Assembly: GCA_963715335.1 (NCBI GenBank)
Contig: CAVQRZ010000033.1
Coordinates: 25,254 to 89,253, forward strand
Source: an uncultured delta proteobacterium
GTDB taxonomy: Bacteria > Desulfobacterota > Desulfuromonadia > Desulfuromonadales > BM103
Direction of reading: 5' to 3'
Length of the DNA: 64,000 bases
Shown here: positions 39,403 through 49,979 of the stretch, piece by piece
Layout of the letters: each line of letters begins with the position of its first letter
Position numbering within the stretch: the first letter of the stretch is position 1
The notes under the pieces: model-generated
Database searches by the model: none
The model's input: the letters and a program-made list of their open reading frames with translations, nothing else
Told to the model about the DNA's origin: nothing
Program-made: the position numbers and the translations under genes

Positions 39403-39488
39403 AATAAAATGGGCCATTCCAGATTGGCTTGCCATCAAAAACAGTCTGACCGGGGATACTTTAGGAGGCCGCAAGGAAGGCGAAGATA

Positions 39489-39974
39489 ATGAATTTGACA
39501 AGAACCGTGATCGTAATCCTTTTCGCCGCAGCTCTCGCCTCCTGTGCCGGCATGCGTCCGGCGCCGCCAGAAGTGCAGCTGTCAGGTCTCGAGATTACCG
39601 ATTTATCGCTAAGCCACGCCAACTTTCTCGCCAGGCTGCAGGTTTACAACCCAAATGGCGTCAGTCTCGACATCAAAGGCTTGAGATTCACCCTCTTCCT
39701 GAATGATGTCCGAGTTGCCGATGGCCAATCCACAAAACCTCTGGCGATTGCTGCCGAAGAGAGCGGCGAAGCTGTAATCCGCCTCTCGAGCAGTTTCATC
39801 AGCCTTTTCCAGTTGACCCGAAAATTACAGGATCAGGATCAGATCGCATTTCGTATCGACGGCGAGGTCATAGTCGGCGGGATGGGGTTTCTCAGTACGA
39901 CCATTCCGATCGAACGTGAAGGCGTCCTGCCTATAACCGGCACCCTGAATCAATTACGGCCAGACCCTCGTTAG
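39489..39974 (+). CDS. LEA type 2 / WHy domain lipoprotein
   Basis: Lipobox LASC; VYNPN motif. Confidence 0.8.
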   Translation: MNLTRTVIVILFAAALASCAGMRPAPPEVQLSGLEITDLSLSHANFLARLQVYNPNGVSLDIKGLRFTLFLNDVRVADGQSTKPLAIAAEESGEAVIRLSSSFISLFQLTRKLQDQDQIAFRIDGEVIVGGMGFLSTTIPIEREGVLPITGTLNQLRPDPR

Positions 39975-40129
39975 AACGGTTTCCTGTCTAGACCCGCAGC
40001 ATCGTAACCACAATTTCTGCAAAAAAAATAAATCACAAACACTGTTTTACAATTTATTTTTTTAGGTTATATTTTAGTATGTACATCTGACTGGATTCCC
40101 GCTGTTTAAAATGAAGAGAGAGGGATAGC

Positions 40130-40534
40130 ATGCTGTTTGTCTGGGACGATAACTACAATACGCACATTGAGGAAATAGACCGGGATCACATGAAGCTGGT
40201 CAACTTGATCAATGATCTTTACGAGGCCATGCAGGACGGCAGCGGAGGGGCTCTGCTACTGCCGATCTTTTCCGCTCTGAAGCATTACACGGAGACCCAT
40301 TTCAACCGGGAAGAGCGATTCATGGTTGACTGCGACGCACCGGATCAGGAGCGACACTTCCAGGAGCACAAACAGATGATGGCCAAGCTTGCCGACCTGG
40401 AGGACAGGCATCGCAAGGGTGAAGCAGCCATATCCCTGCAGACGTTGACCTTCCTCCGCGATTGGCTGCGAAATCACATTTGCGTTGTCGACCAGGCTAT
40501 GGCCAACCATGTGCAGGAGAAAAACCCCAGCTGA
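40130..40534 (+). CDS. Bacteriohemerythrin
   Basis: IDRDH, HFNREE, H...EH, WLRNHICVVD iron-ligand motifs. Confidence 0.92.
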   Translation: MLFVWDDNYNTHIEEIDRDHMKLVNLINDLYEAMQDGSGGALLLPIFSALKHYTETHFNREERFMVDCDAPDQERHFQEHKQMMAKLADLEDRHRKGEAAISLQTLTFLRDWLRNHICVVDQAMANHVQEKNPS

Positions 40535-40579
40535 TCCAAGCGATAAAAAAACGGGAGGCCTGAATGGCCCTCCCGTCAT

Positions 40580-41230
40580 GCGGCTGACAAAGTTCAGCCA
40601 AACTTTATGATTTAGAGGGCAACAGATGGTTAATCAGTTGTCCTTTTTCATTGGACGTTGGAATTCAAAGACAAAAGCAAAACCCGGGGGTCGCGCCCCC
40701 CGACTGCGCCTGACTCTTTTGCTGGCCCAAAAGAGTAAGCAGAAAAGGGCCTGCGCTGCGCTGGGCATGTCTGGCTCGTCAAGGCGGCGACCTCAATCCG
40801 GATGGTTCTAAACGATCAGGAGCCTACGCTTCCCCCGCAGGAGCCGAGGCTCTTGAGAGCCTCTCCATTTGTAGAGAGGTGTATCAGTTGTGATGTTTTT
40901 ACGCTTTTCCCCTGTAAGTCACACGGAAAGGTCAGGCCCTTTGACACAGGGCCGGATCCCCATCAGTAAAGGTTTTGAAGTCACAGACATCCGGCCAAGG
41001 AGATGCCCTCCGCAAGGAGAAGGCACTTTTGCATACTTTTGTTGCCGGACAAAAGTATGGCGTCGGGCGGGACGCGACCCGCCGGTTTTACTCTTAAAAG
41101 TCCGATTTTACTCTTATAAATAAAGGCTTAGGGCAACAGATGGTTCATCTGTTGCCCTAAGCTTCATGGAAACTCCACCTGCCAGGCAAAAAACCAAACC
41201 CCGCATCGGTGCGGGGCTTATCAACAATCT
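40580..41230. mobile_element. Non-coding nested-palindrome MITE-like element, long copy, flanked on both sides by related terminator hairpins
   Basis: Internal inverted homology (40680-40752 vs 41020-41090; 40617-40643 vs 41131-41157); flanks GGGAGG..GGCCCTCCCGT at 40553-40577 and 41234-41258; homologous to 34735-35088. Confidence 0.65.
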
Positions 41231-41288
41231 AATGGGAGGGCCGTTTCGGCCCTCCCGTTCTCACGCTTGACGACCGCGGCCTGGCGGA

Positions 41289-41483
41289 TCACTCCTCGTA
41301 AACCAGCACGCGAATCAACCCACAGGTATTGCCTGCCTCAACCGTCGTTGAATCACTGACCGACAAAACTCTGGCAATCCCGTTTGCAACGATAAACCGG
41401 TTGACGCGCGCGTCCAGTTCATCGAGTTCCCGTTGCGCCTTGAAAGGCTGTAAAGGTTCACCGAACGTTTTCACCTTGACCAT
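41289..41483 (-). CDS. Small hypothetical protein
   Basis: 64 aa with RBS AAGGGAG; co-oriented with the nifU-like gene. Confidence 0.7.
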   Translation of the reverse strand: MVKVKTFGEPLQPFKAQRELDELDARVNRFIVANGIARVLSVSDSTTVEAGNTCGLIRVLVYEE

Positions 41484-41506
41484 GACTGGCTCCCTTGCGG
41501 CCAGGA

Positions 41507-41728
41507 TCAGACCTGGACCACCTCTTTAACCTCAGGAATCTTTTCCACGAGGGTTCTCTCGATACCCATTTTCAGAGTCATGGTTGACATCGGGCAGGAG
41601 CCGCAAGCGCCGGTCAGCCTGACACTGACAATACCATCATCAGTGACATCAACCAGTTCAACGTCACCGCCATCGGCCTGCAATGCAGGGCGAATCAACT
41701 CCAGGACTTCCTGTACCTTTTCTTTCAT
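41507..41728 (-). CDS. NifU/Nfu-like Fe-S cluster carrier
   Basis: [23 protein letters not shown]. Confidence 0.92.
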   Translation of the reverse strand: MKEKVQEVLELIRPALQADGGDVELVDVTDDGIVSVRLTGACGSCPMSTMTLKMGIERTLVEKIPEVKEVVQV

Positions 41729-41877
41729 CGATTTATTCTCCTTAGATTGAGCATGTAGTCTTTGAAGTATACCTGCTTTGTATGCTCCCAGTAAACATGT
41801 CGGGTAATTTTAACAGAAAAGTCTCGAACGACCAGGTGACAATCCAAGGGTCACTTTTTCTGGCCATGCATAACTGG

Positions 41878-43047
41878 TCAGCCAAGCGGGATCGCCGCAA
41901 CCGGTCGACTGCACAACAACTCCGGGGTGCCGACATCTTTCCCCTGCACGAGGACCTTGAAGGTCTCTCCCATACCGGTTTCCGGCATGATCAGGTTTTT
42001 CAGTGTCAACCGCAGCGCCCGGGCATCATTTTCATCGGTTGCGGCAGCCTCCAGTCGAACCAGTTCTGCAAAGAAGCCGAGGCCGAGCAGAAACCGGTAC
42101 TGCTCGCCGAACCATAAGGTCTCGAGGCCCACTTCCCTGCCCGCCTCCTGCAGTGCGGTAAAATCGACATGGGTCGTGATGTCTTTTTCCCCGACACTGT
42201 CATAGGGGTTGTCGTCCGCCTGGTGGCGATGATAGCACATCAGGGTTCCGGTTCTCCGGTGGGGGGCATACAGCTCTTCAACCGGATAACCATAGTCTAT
42301 AGTCATGACAAAGCCTTGTGCGATGCGCTCGCCAACCTTGCGCATCCACTCCGTTGCCAGCAGGTTGGCTTCGGCCCGGTTGCCTTCAATCGGCTCGTGG
42401 CCAAGCCAGGCGAAATAATCTGACAACTTGGTGTCGCACTCCTCAGCCAGAGACTCCGAGAAGAGAGACCCGTCGCTGTCAACAAAAACTTCCTGGATTT
42501 TTCCGGCCCGTTTTTCAACCAGGTGCACCGGAAACGCGTCGACCAGTTCATTCGACAGGAAACAGCCTGAGCTTATCGTCCACGCCTCCTCATCACACCA
42601 GGTGACCTTGTCAGCGTGACCGGCAAGGTTGCCGGCCTGGCGGTTGCGATTGTCCTGGCTTACCTCGATCAGGGTATAGCTTAACCGGCTGTATAGTTCG
42701 GGAGACTCCACTGCCAGTGCATCCAGAACATCGAGGGCCAGATGTCCTTCTCCGGCACCCTGCTCGACGATCTGGAATCCTCTACCCGTCAGAATGCTAT
42801 CCATTTCAGCCAGCTGCCGGGCCACCAGACGCCCGAACAGGGCATTGACACTGCTCGAGGTAAAGAAATCCCCGGCCTTGCCGATCCGGTCGCGCGGGGC
42901 CATGTAATAGCCGTATTGCTGATGATAGAGGGCCTGCGCCATGAATTCTGCAAAACTGACTTTGCCGGACCGCAGAATCTGTCGGTGCAGCAGGGACGCC
43001 AGTTGCGTTGTATTTGGTTGTGGGGGGATACTGTCGCTCATGATCAA
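41878..43047 (-). CDS. SAM-dependent methyltransferase, MidA/NDUFAF7 family
   Basis: FAEFMAQALY, GDFFTS, EQGAGEG, NELVDAFP, IDYG, DITTHVDF, MGETFKVL. Confidence 0.9.
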   Translation of the reverse strand: MIMSDSIPPQPNTTQLASLLHRQILRSGKVSFAEFMAQALYHQQYGYYMAPRDRIGKAGDFFTSSSVNALFGRLVARQLAEMDSILTGRGFQIVEQGAGEGHLALDVLDALAVESPELYSRLSYTLIEVSQDNRNRQAGNLAGHADKVTWCDEEAWTISSGCFLSNELVDAFPVHLVEKRAGKIQEVFVDSDGSLFSESLAEECDTKLSDYFAWLGHEPIEGNRAEANLLATEWMRKVGERIAQGFVMTIDYGYPVEELYAPHRRTGTLMCYHRHQADDNPYDSVGEKDITTHVDFTALQEAGREVGLETLWFGEQYRFLLGLGFFAELVRLEAAATDENDARALRLTLKNLIMPETGMGETFKVLVQGKDVGTPELLCSRPVAAIPLG

Positions 43048-43118
43048 ATTCGCCTCTGGAAACAGGCGGCAGTTTAACGCAGCAAAAACTGCAGCACAAG
43101 AGTGGATTACGGACAGGA

Positions 43119-43833
43119 TTAAGCGGGCAAGGTGACCTGGCGGAGCACCAGCGGGTCATTGGTAAACACACCAGCGACCCCGGCCCTGAACAGGCTCCGT
43201 GCGCCCCCCGGTTCATCAACTGTCCAGACGTAAACCGGCAGCTTCACCCTTGCGGCAGGCTGAAATCATTGGGCGGGTCACCTGGCCACCCTCGGGGTGG
43301 AAAGCAACGGCCCGCAATCCGCTGGCGAGCCTCACAGCATGCCGCCAGTTGCCGGATTCAAACAGGACGGCAATCGGCAACCCGTCATCTGCAGAACGCA
43401 ATCGCGCCAGCAGCCGGTAGTCAAAGGAAGAGATCACACAGTCGGCATCGGGATGACGCTTCAGCAATTCGAGGACCGCCACCCCGGCACCGAACTCCTT
43501 GATTTCCAGATTGAGGCGCACCCGGCCAGCGAAGGCTTTCAGGACATCTTCAAGGGCAGGGATCGATTCTCCCGCAAACTCCTCTGAAAACCAGCTGCCG
43601 GCATCATATGTCTGCAGCTCTTGCCAGCTCTTGGCCCTGACTTGTCCGTGACTATCGGTTGTTCGCTCCAGCGTCTCATCATGGATAACCACCGGGACGC
43701 CGTCGCGAGAGAGATGGATGTCGAGTTCGAGTCCATCGGCACCGCAATCAACTGCAGTGGAAAATGCCGCCATGGTGTTTTCAGGTGCCAGGGAAGAGGC
43801 GCCGCGGTGAGCCCAGAGGACTGGATGATTCAT
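43119..43833 (-). CDS. Glycerophosphodiester phosphodiesterase; +1 frameshift near 43248
   Basis: AHRGAS, PENT, ELDIHLSRDG, HD, NLEIK; continues in another frame as KLPVYVWTVDEP...GVFTNDP to the TAA at 43119-43121. Confidence 0.88.
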
Positions 43834-43881
43834 ATCTGCTATGCTTTCTCAAAGGCAACCATGAACTGGTCGGGAGAATTG

Positions 43882-44022
43882 ATGCGGCTGGACTTTTTTA
43901 TAATTATTATCGGCATACTATTGGCTGTCGCCATGGTGTTGACCCTGCTTTATGGTGAAAAGTACAGCCTTCACGGCTATGGGTCAAAAGTACCGGCGAC
44001 ACAGGTTCATCCTTTAGGCTAG
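43882..44022 (+). CDS. Putative 46-aa single-TM small protein
   Basis: RBS GGAG, MRLDFFIIIIGILLAVAMVLTLLYGEKYSLHGYGS... Confidence 0.5.
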   Translation: MRLDFFIIIIGILLAVAMVLTLLYGEKYSLHGYGSKVPATQVHPLG

Positions 44023-44086
44023 CGGTTCTAGTCCTCTCTGTCGGTCTTCGGTGTGCCACGTCAGGCGCTTCACACTGCATAGCTCT

Positions 44087-44479
44087 CTACATCCCCCCCT
44101 GAAGGATTGGATAGCCTTTTTGAGCCCAGGAAAAAATTCCGCCATACAGGTTATAAACCTCGGGGTAGCCTTGCCGCGCCAGATAGTTAACGACCTGGGC
44201 ACTCCGTGAACCAACCGCACAATAAACCAGGATTGGCTGGTCTCTCGGCAGTTCGGAAAGGCGGTTGACCAGCTGGTCGATGGGGATCAGACGTGCTCCT
44301 TCAAGCCTGGCCTGTTGATATTCACCCGGAGTGCGTACATCCAGGAGATAGAGCCCCTCTCTCTTGCTGACCAACCCGTAAGCATCCTCGGGGGTAACAT
44401 TTCGAGCCGTAGCCGCAACAACAAGCGCCGGCAACAAAACCAGCAGGGGGATGATGGTGAAAAGAGATTTCCGCTTCAT
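44087..44479 (-). CDS. Secreted rhodanese-like domain protein
   Basis: Signal peptide, LLDVRTPGEY, VYCAVGSRS, NLYGGIFSW. Confidence 0.9.
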   Translation of the reverse strand: MKRKSLFTIIPLLVLLPALVVAATARNVTPEDAYGLVSKREGLYLLDVRTPGEYQQARLEGARLIPIDQLVNRLSELPRDQPILVYCAVGSRSAQVVNYLARQGYPEVYNLYGGIFSWAQKGYPILQGGM

Positions 44480-44625
44480 AATTTCCTCTCATGGTTTGAG
44501 ATCTTAGCGCTTTCATTGTATGCAGAAAACAATATAATTTCACCCTGAAAAAAATTTGTCTTTGCCCATGAAAGATGTCATCATACCGAGCGCTGCCGGA
44601 CAGTATTGATTATAAGGAGTATCAA

Positions 44626-45579
44626 ATGGATCGCAACCTCGCACTGGAACTGGTCAGGGTCACGGAAGCCGCCGCTCTCGCCTGTGGCCGATGGGTCGGC
44701 AAAGGCGACAAGACGGCAGCCGACGAAGCCGCTACGCAGGCAATGCGTCGCACACTCGACTCGATCGAGATTTCCGGAACGGTTGTCATCGGCGAAGGCG
44801 AAATGGATAAAGCTCCGATGCTTTACATCGGCGAGCAGCTTGGTAGCGGCAATGGCCAGGATGTTGATATCGCTGTCGACCCACTCGAGGGTACGAACAT
44901 TTGCGCCAAGGGACTCAACGGTTCCATTGCAACGATCGCCCTGGCGCCAAAGGGTGGTTTTCTGCACGCCCCCGATATGTACATGGAAAAGATCGCTGTC
45001 GGCCCGACGGCGAAAGGCGCCATCGATATAAACGCCTCGCCGACTACCAACCTGCAGCGGGTTGCCGATGCGAAAAAATGTTACATTGAAGACCTCACCG
45101 TGGTTATTCTCGATCGCCCCAGGCATGACAAGATCGTTGCAGAAATCCGCAAGGCGGGTGCACGCATCCACCTTATCACCGATGGCGATGTCGCCCCGGC
45201 CATCGCCGCGGCTGTCGAAGGCAGCGGCGTTGACATGTTGCTCGGCATCGGTGGCGCCCCGGAGGGCGTGCTCGCAGCCGCAGCTCTTAAATGCATGGGC
45301 GGGGATATGCAGGGACGCCTGGTCTTCTTGAACAATGAAGAACGGGATAGAGCAAAAGGCATGGGCATCGACGACTTTGAAAAAGTCTACCAGTGCGAGG
45401 AGATGGCCAACGGCGACGTGGTCTTTGCAGCAACCGGCGTCACTAACGGAGACCTGTTGCGTGGCATCCGTTATTATTCCGGCGGCGCGGAGACACACTC
45501 CATAGTCATGCGCTCCAGAACGCGCACGATACGATTTGTCGAAACCCGGCACAGCTTCGATTTCAAACCGAAATACTGA
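44626..45579 (+). CDS. glpX: Class II fructose-1,6-bisphosphatase
   Basis: RVTEAAA, VIGEGEMD, DIAVDPLEGT, DRPRH, GGAPEGV, FAATGVT. Confidence 0.95.
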   Translation: MDRNLALELVRVTEAAALACGRWVGKGDKTAADEAATQAMRRTLDSIEISGTVVIGEGEMDKAPMLYIGEQLGSGNGQDVDIAVDPLEGTNICAKGLNGSIATIALAPKGGFLHAPDMYMEKIAVGPTAKGAIDINASPTTNLQRVADAKKCYIEDLTVVILDRPRHDKIVAEIRKAGARIHLITDGDVAPAIAAAVEGSGVDMLLGIGGAPEGVLAAAALKCMGGDMQGRLVFLNNEERDRAKGMGIDDFEKVYQCEEMANGDVVFAATGVTNGDLLRGIRYYSGGAETHSIVMRSRTRTIRFVETRHSFDFKPKY

Positions 45580-45666
45580 ACAGGCAGCGCAGGCTTTGTA
45601 CTTGTCAGAAGCCAGACAAGTTGGTACTATTACTCCTGTTTTTAATGCATGAGGTGAGGTTGAGCG

Positions 45667-46494
45667 ATGGCAATTATTACGATTTCACGCGAAATGGGCA
45701 GTGGCGGCATCCCGATTGCCCACAAGGTTGCCGAAAAATTAGACTACAAACTGATCGACGGTGAAGCGATCATGGACGCCGCCGTTGCCTACGGGCTTTC
45801 CCCGGAAGCGGTGGAACAGGCTGATGAAAAACCCCCACATTTTGTCGACACCCTCGACACCAAGCAATTCCTCGACCTGCACCTAATAGAGCTGATTATT
45901 CTTGAGGCGGCCCTGAAGGGCAATGTCGTTATATACGGTCGCGGCGGTCAGGACCTGCTCAAGGAGGTCAGCAGCGTTTTGCGGACCAGGATTATCGCAC
46001 CTTTTGAAGATCGCGTGGAACGCTGGGCGGAACGTGAATGGCTCGATCCGGACCGTGCCCGTTACCTGGTTCGTAAAAGCGATCAGCAAAGAGCCGGGTT
46101 CATCAAATACTATTTCGATCGCGATTGGGATGACTGCGTCCACTATGACCTCGTCATCAACACCCAGCGGCTCTCCGAGGATATGGCAGTCAAGCTCATC
46201 TGCAACAGCGTCAAGGACGAAAACCTTGAAGGGATCAAGGCCGACAGCAAGAAGATCCTTTCCGACCTGATCCTGCGCAAGCGGGTGGAAATTGCCATTC
46301 TGTCCAACGACCACGTCGACCCCTACCTTCTCGAAATCAGCGTTAAGCAAGGCATTGTCGTCCTCTCAGGCCAGGTCCACTCCGCAGTGGAAAAAAAGGC
46401 AGCAGAACAGCAGGCCCGCACCGCCGACGGCATCCGCGAGTTGAAAAACAACATCAAGGTGGTTGCATACCGGACAACCCCGGATGACCACTAG
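45667..46494 (+). CDS. Cytidylate-kinase-like protein with C-terminal BON domain
   Basis: IITISREMGSGG, VIYGRGG, YDLVINT; C-terminal G.VVLSG.V...GI....NNIKV. Confidence 0.8.
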   Translation: MAIITISREMGSGGIPIAHKVAEKLDYKLIDGEAIMDAAVAYGLSPEAVEQADEKPPHFVDTLDTKQFLDLHLIELIILEAALKGNVVIYGRGGQDLLKEVSSVLRTRIIAPFEDRVERWAEREWLDPDRARYLVRKSDQQRAGFIKYYFDRDWDDCVHYDLVINTQRLSEDMAVKLICNSVKDENLEGIKADSKKILSDLILRKRVEIAILSNDHVDPYLLEISVKQGIVVLSGQVHSAVEKKAAEQQARTADGIRELKNNIKVVAYRTTPDDH

Positions 46495-46518
46495 ATCTTG
46501 CCGCACAGATACTTTTTG

Positions 46519-46548
46519 GAAGCCGACCCTTGAGGGTCGGCTTCTTTG
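46519..46548 (+). terminator. Intrinsic terminator
   Basis: GAAGCCGACCCT-tg-AGGGTCGGCTTC-TTTG. Confidence 0.75.
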
Positions 46549-46651
46549 TTTCGCAAACCGTTCAACCCTGCTGGTCAGGCTTGTTCCCCGGCAAGTCTGT
46601 ATGCTAGGATGAAACGTTTTTCAAGACCAATCGCAAGCCAAGGAGACAAAC

Positions 46652-47395
46652 ATGGCCGGACACAGTAAATGGGCCAACATCAAGCACCGCAAAGGCGCCC
46701 AGGACGCCAAGCGCGGCAAAGCTTTCACCAAGATCATCAAAGAACTTACAGTGGCGGCCCGAATCGGCGGCGGAGACCCGGATGCTAATCCCAGACTTCG
46801 CACCGCAATCGACAAGGCGAAACAGGCCAACATGCCGAAAGACAATGTTGACCGGGCGATCAAGAAAGGGACCGGCGACCTGGATGGCGTCAACTACGAA
46901 GAGGGCATCTTCGAGGGGTACGGCCCGGGGGGCGTTGCACTGATCGTGGAATTCCTGACTGACAACCGGACCCGAACCGTCGCCGACGTCCGGCATATAT
47001 TCAGCAAATATGGAGGGAATCTCGGAGTCAGTGGTTCCGTGGCCTTCCTTTTCGACCGTAAAGGGTTGATCTCGTTTTCAACCGATAACGATTTCGAACG
47101 GCTCTTCGAAATCGCCCTTGAGGCAGAAGCGGAAGATGTCAAAAACGAGGGGGACATTTACGAAGTGATTACGGATTCGGGCAACTTCATCGAAGTCCGC
47201 GATGCCATGGCGGAAGCCGGACTGCAGTGGGAGACTGCGGAAGTCACAATGATCCCGCAGAACCAGGTTCGCCTTGAAGGAAAGCCGGCAGAGACCATGC
47301 TGAAATTAATGGATGCCCTTGAAGATAATGACGATGTTCAGAACGTCTACGCCAACTTCGACATCAGCGAAGAGGAGTTGGACAAAATCATGTAA
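46652..47395 (+). CDS. yebC: YebC/PmpR family protein
   Basis: [37 protein letters not shown]. Confidence 0.95.
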   Translation: MAGHSKWANIKHRKGAQDAKRGKAFTKIIKELTVAARIGGGDPDANPRLRTAIDKAKQANMPKDNVDRAIKKGTGDLDGVNYEEGIFEGYGPGGVALIVEFLTDNRTRTVADVRHIFSKYGGNLGVSGSVAFLFDRKGLISFSTDNDFERLFEIALEAEAEDVKNEGDIYEVITDSGNFIEVRDAMAEAGLQWETAEVTMIPQNQVRLEGKPAETMLKLMDALEDNDDVQNVYANFDISEEELDKIM

Positions 47396-47472
47396 CCGGG
47401 AAAGGGGTTAGAGGCGAGAGGTAAAAATTGACTATCCCCTAGCCCCTTCCCTCTATCCCCTGGCCTGCTTTT

Positions 47473-47967
47473 ATGAGAATACTAGGCATCGACCCCGGCA
47501 CGCGGATCACCGGCTACGGCATCATCGATGTTGAGGGCAACCGCCTGCGCCATGTCGACAACGGCAGCATTAAAACTCTGGGCAGCAATCCTTTGCCGCT
47601 CAGGTTGAAAACCATCTACGATGGCCTGACAACTATTCTCAAGGAGTTTTCGCCGCAAGCAGTTGCTGTCGAGCAGGTATTTTTGGCGAAAAACCCACGG
47701 TCGGCACTGACCCTGGGACATGCCCGTGGCACCGCGGTTATTGCAGCGGTCAATATGGGTCTTGAGGTCCACGAATATTCTGCTCTCCAGGTCAAGAGTG
47801 CCGTGGTGGGCTATGGCCATGCGGCCAAACAACAGGTCCAGCACATGGTCAAGGCATTATTAAACCTGCCGGAGGTTGCCCAAGAAGATGCTGCCGACGC
47901 TCTGGCTGTTGCCATCTGTCACGCCAACAGCCGCACCATGAAACAGGCCATCAACAGCAAACGATGA
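47473..47967 (+). CDS. ruvC: Holliday junction resolvase RuvC
   Basis: [25 protein letters not shown]. Confidence 0.95.
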   Translation: MRILGIDPGTRITGYGIIDVEGNRLRHVDNGSIKTLGSNPLPLRLKTIYDGLTTILKEFSPQAVAVEQVFLAKNPRSALTLGHARGTAVIAAVNMGLEVHEYSALQVKSAVVGYGHAAKQQVQHMVKALLNLPEVAQEDAADALAVAICHANSRTMKQAINSKR

Positions 47968-48017
47968 CTTCAACCTGGATTCAACAACAGCTCACGGGAT
48001 AACGGATTACGCATATC

Positions 48018-48620
48018 ATGATTGCTCTGGTTCGCGGCACCCTGGCTTACAAATCGACTGACCACGTCATTATAGACGTCGGCGGTGTCGGCTATCGCCT
48101 CTTTATCCCGCTGTCAACCTTCTACTCTCTGCCCGAAACCGGAGAAGCGCGCCTCTATACACACACGCATGTACGTGAAGACGCCCTGCTACTATACGGC
48201 TTCCTGACTATCGAGGAGAAAGACCTTTTCTGTATCCTGATCGGGATATCGGGAATCGGTCCTAAGCTGGCCATTAATATCCTTTCACACATCCCGGTGG
48301 CAGATCTAAAAAATGCCATTGCTGCAGGGGATGTAAAACGGCTCTCCGGACTGCCGGGGATCGGCAAGAAAACTGCCGAGCGGCTGGTCCTGGAACTCAA
48401 GGACAAGGTCGGCCCGGTGGACGCCAATCGCACCGAGACAGGGGCCTCTTCTCTGGCCGGCAAGTCGTCCGGTGATCTGATCAACGACGTGATTTCCGCC
48501 CTGGTCAACCTGGGCTACAAGGAGAGCCAGGCACGCAAGGTTCTTGAGAATATGGAACTGGCGCCGAATCTACCGATGGAAGACGTTCTGAAAGGAGCAC
48601 TGAAAGTCCTGGTCCGCTGA
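48018..48620 (+). CDS. ruvA: Holliday junction branch migration protein RuvA
   Basis: [35 protein letters not shown]. Confidence 0.95.
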   Translation: MIALVRGTLAYKSTDHVIIDVGGVGYRLFIPLSTFYSLPETGEARLYTHTHVREDALLLYGFLTIEEKDLFCILIGISGIGPKLAINILSHIPVADLKNAIAAGDVKRLSGLPGIGKKTAERLVLELKDKVGPVDANRTETGASSLAGKSSGDLINDVISALVNLGYKESQARKVLENMELAPNLPMEDVLKGALKVLVR

Positions 48621-48636
48621 CTTTTGGTTAAAAGCT

Positions 48637-49665
48637 ATGGACGAAGATCGCCTGATCACAGCAGTAGGGACTGAAGAAGATGGAACCTTTGACGTCTCGC
48701 TTCGACCCAAAATCCTCACGGAGTATGTCGGTCAGAGCAAGGTCAAGGAGAACCTCAAGGTGTTCATCAGCGCCGCCCGCAGTCGCGGAGAATCCCTGGA
48801 CCATGTACTTTTCTACGGCCCTCCCGGTCTGGGAAAAACCACCCTCGCCCACATCATCGCCGCAGAGATGGGCGTCAACATCAAAAGCACTTCCGGACCC
48901 GTAATAGAAAAGCCGGGAGACCTGGCCGCGGTTCTGACCAACCTGGAACCGGGGGACGTCCTCTTTATCGACGAAATCCACCGACTTTCACCAGTCGTCG
49001 AAGAGATCCTTTATCCGGCCATGGAGGACTATCAACTCGACATCATGATCGGTCAGGGCCCTTCGGCACGAACCATCAAACTCGACATTCCGCGTTTCAC
49101 GCTGGTCGGGGCAACAACCCGCGCCGGGCTGCTATCATCGCCATTACGTGACCGCTTCGGCGTCCTGAACCGCCTCGAGTTCTATACCCACGCAGAACTG
49201 GCCACCATCGTTACCCGTAGCGCCGGAATCCTAGCCGTAGCCATAAACGATGAGGGAGCAGGTGAAATTGCCCGTCGTAGCCGTGGAACGCCCCGAATTG
49301 CCAACCGTCTGCTGCGACGGGTACGGGATTTCGCACAAGTTGATGGTGACGGGTCAATTTCCAAGAAGATGGCAGACCAGGCTCTGGTCCGCCTGGAAGT
49401 CGACGGACAGGGTTTTGACCAGATGGATCGACTGCTACTGGAAACAATTATTGACAAGTTCAGCGGCGGACCGGTCGGCCTTGACACTCTCGCGGCAGCG
49501 ATCGGTGAAGAAAAAGACACTATCGAGGACGTCATTGAACCGTTCCTGCTGCAACAGGGGTTCCTCAACCGTACTCCACGCGGACGGGTCGCCACCCACC
49601 AGGCATACTCACATCTCGGCCGCACCCCCGGGTCAAAGACCGGTTCGGGGCCACTTTTCTCGTAA
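48637..49665 (+). CDS. ruvB: Holliday junction branch migration ATPase RuvB
   Basis: [43 protein letters not shown]. Confidence 0.97.
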   Translation: MDEDRLITAVGTEEDGTFDVSLRPKILTEYVGQSKVKENLKVFISAARSRGESLDHVLFYGPPGLGKTTLAHIIAAEMGVNIKSTSGPVIEKPGDLAAVLTNLEPGDVLFIDEIHRLSPVVEEILYPAMEDYQLDIMIGQGPSARTIKLDIPRFTLVGATTRAGLLSSPLRDRFGVLNRLEFYTHAELATIVTRSAGILAVAINDEGAGEIARRSRGTPRIANRLLRRVRDFAQVDGDGSISKKMADQALVRLEVDGQGFDQMDRLLLETIIDKFSGGPVGLDTLAAAIGEEKDTIEDVIEPFLLQQGFLNRTPRGRVATHQAYSHLGRTPGSKTGSGPLFS

Positions 49666-49979
49666 AACACTAACCGTGAATCGATTTTCCCTGTTACACG
49701 GATAAAGGTTGTGATAGCTTGGCCGTCTGGGGGGTGAATCACGCACTTGCCCTGCTGACACACCCCGAGGGCCGTCATGGTGACGGCCCTCAGTCGTTTC
49801 AGCCGTGAAAAGATCTCTGTTTAAAGCACCGTACCAGGGCCATAAATTGCCCGATTCAGTGCTTTGCTTTCCACAACTACGGATCTTTCATGCTCTTGTA
49901 AACTTTGCCTTAATCACCGTTGAGCGCGCCTGTTTTTTCAGCGAGCCCTTACCTGCGCGGCACGATGCCTATCTAAGTC

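Noticed and set aside
40626..41123. ORFs 40626-40811 and 40890-41123 as transposase fragments
   Set aside because: No transposase motifs; they are translations of palindromic non-coding DNA.
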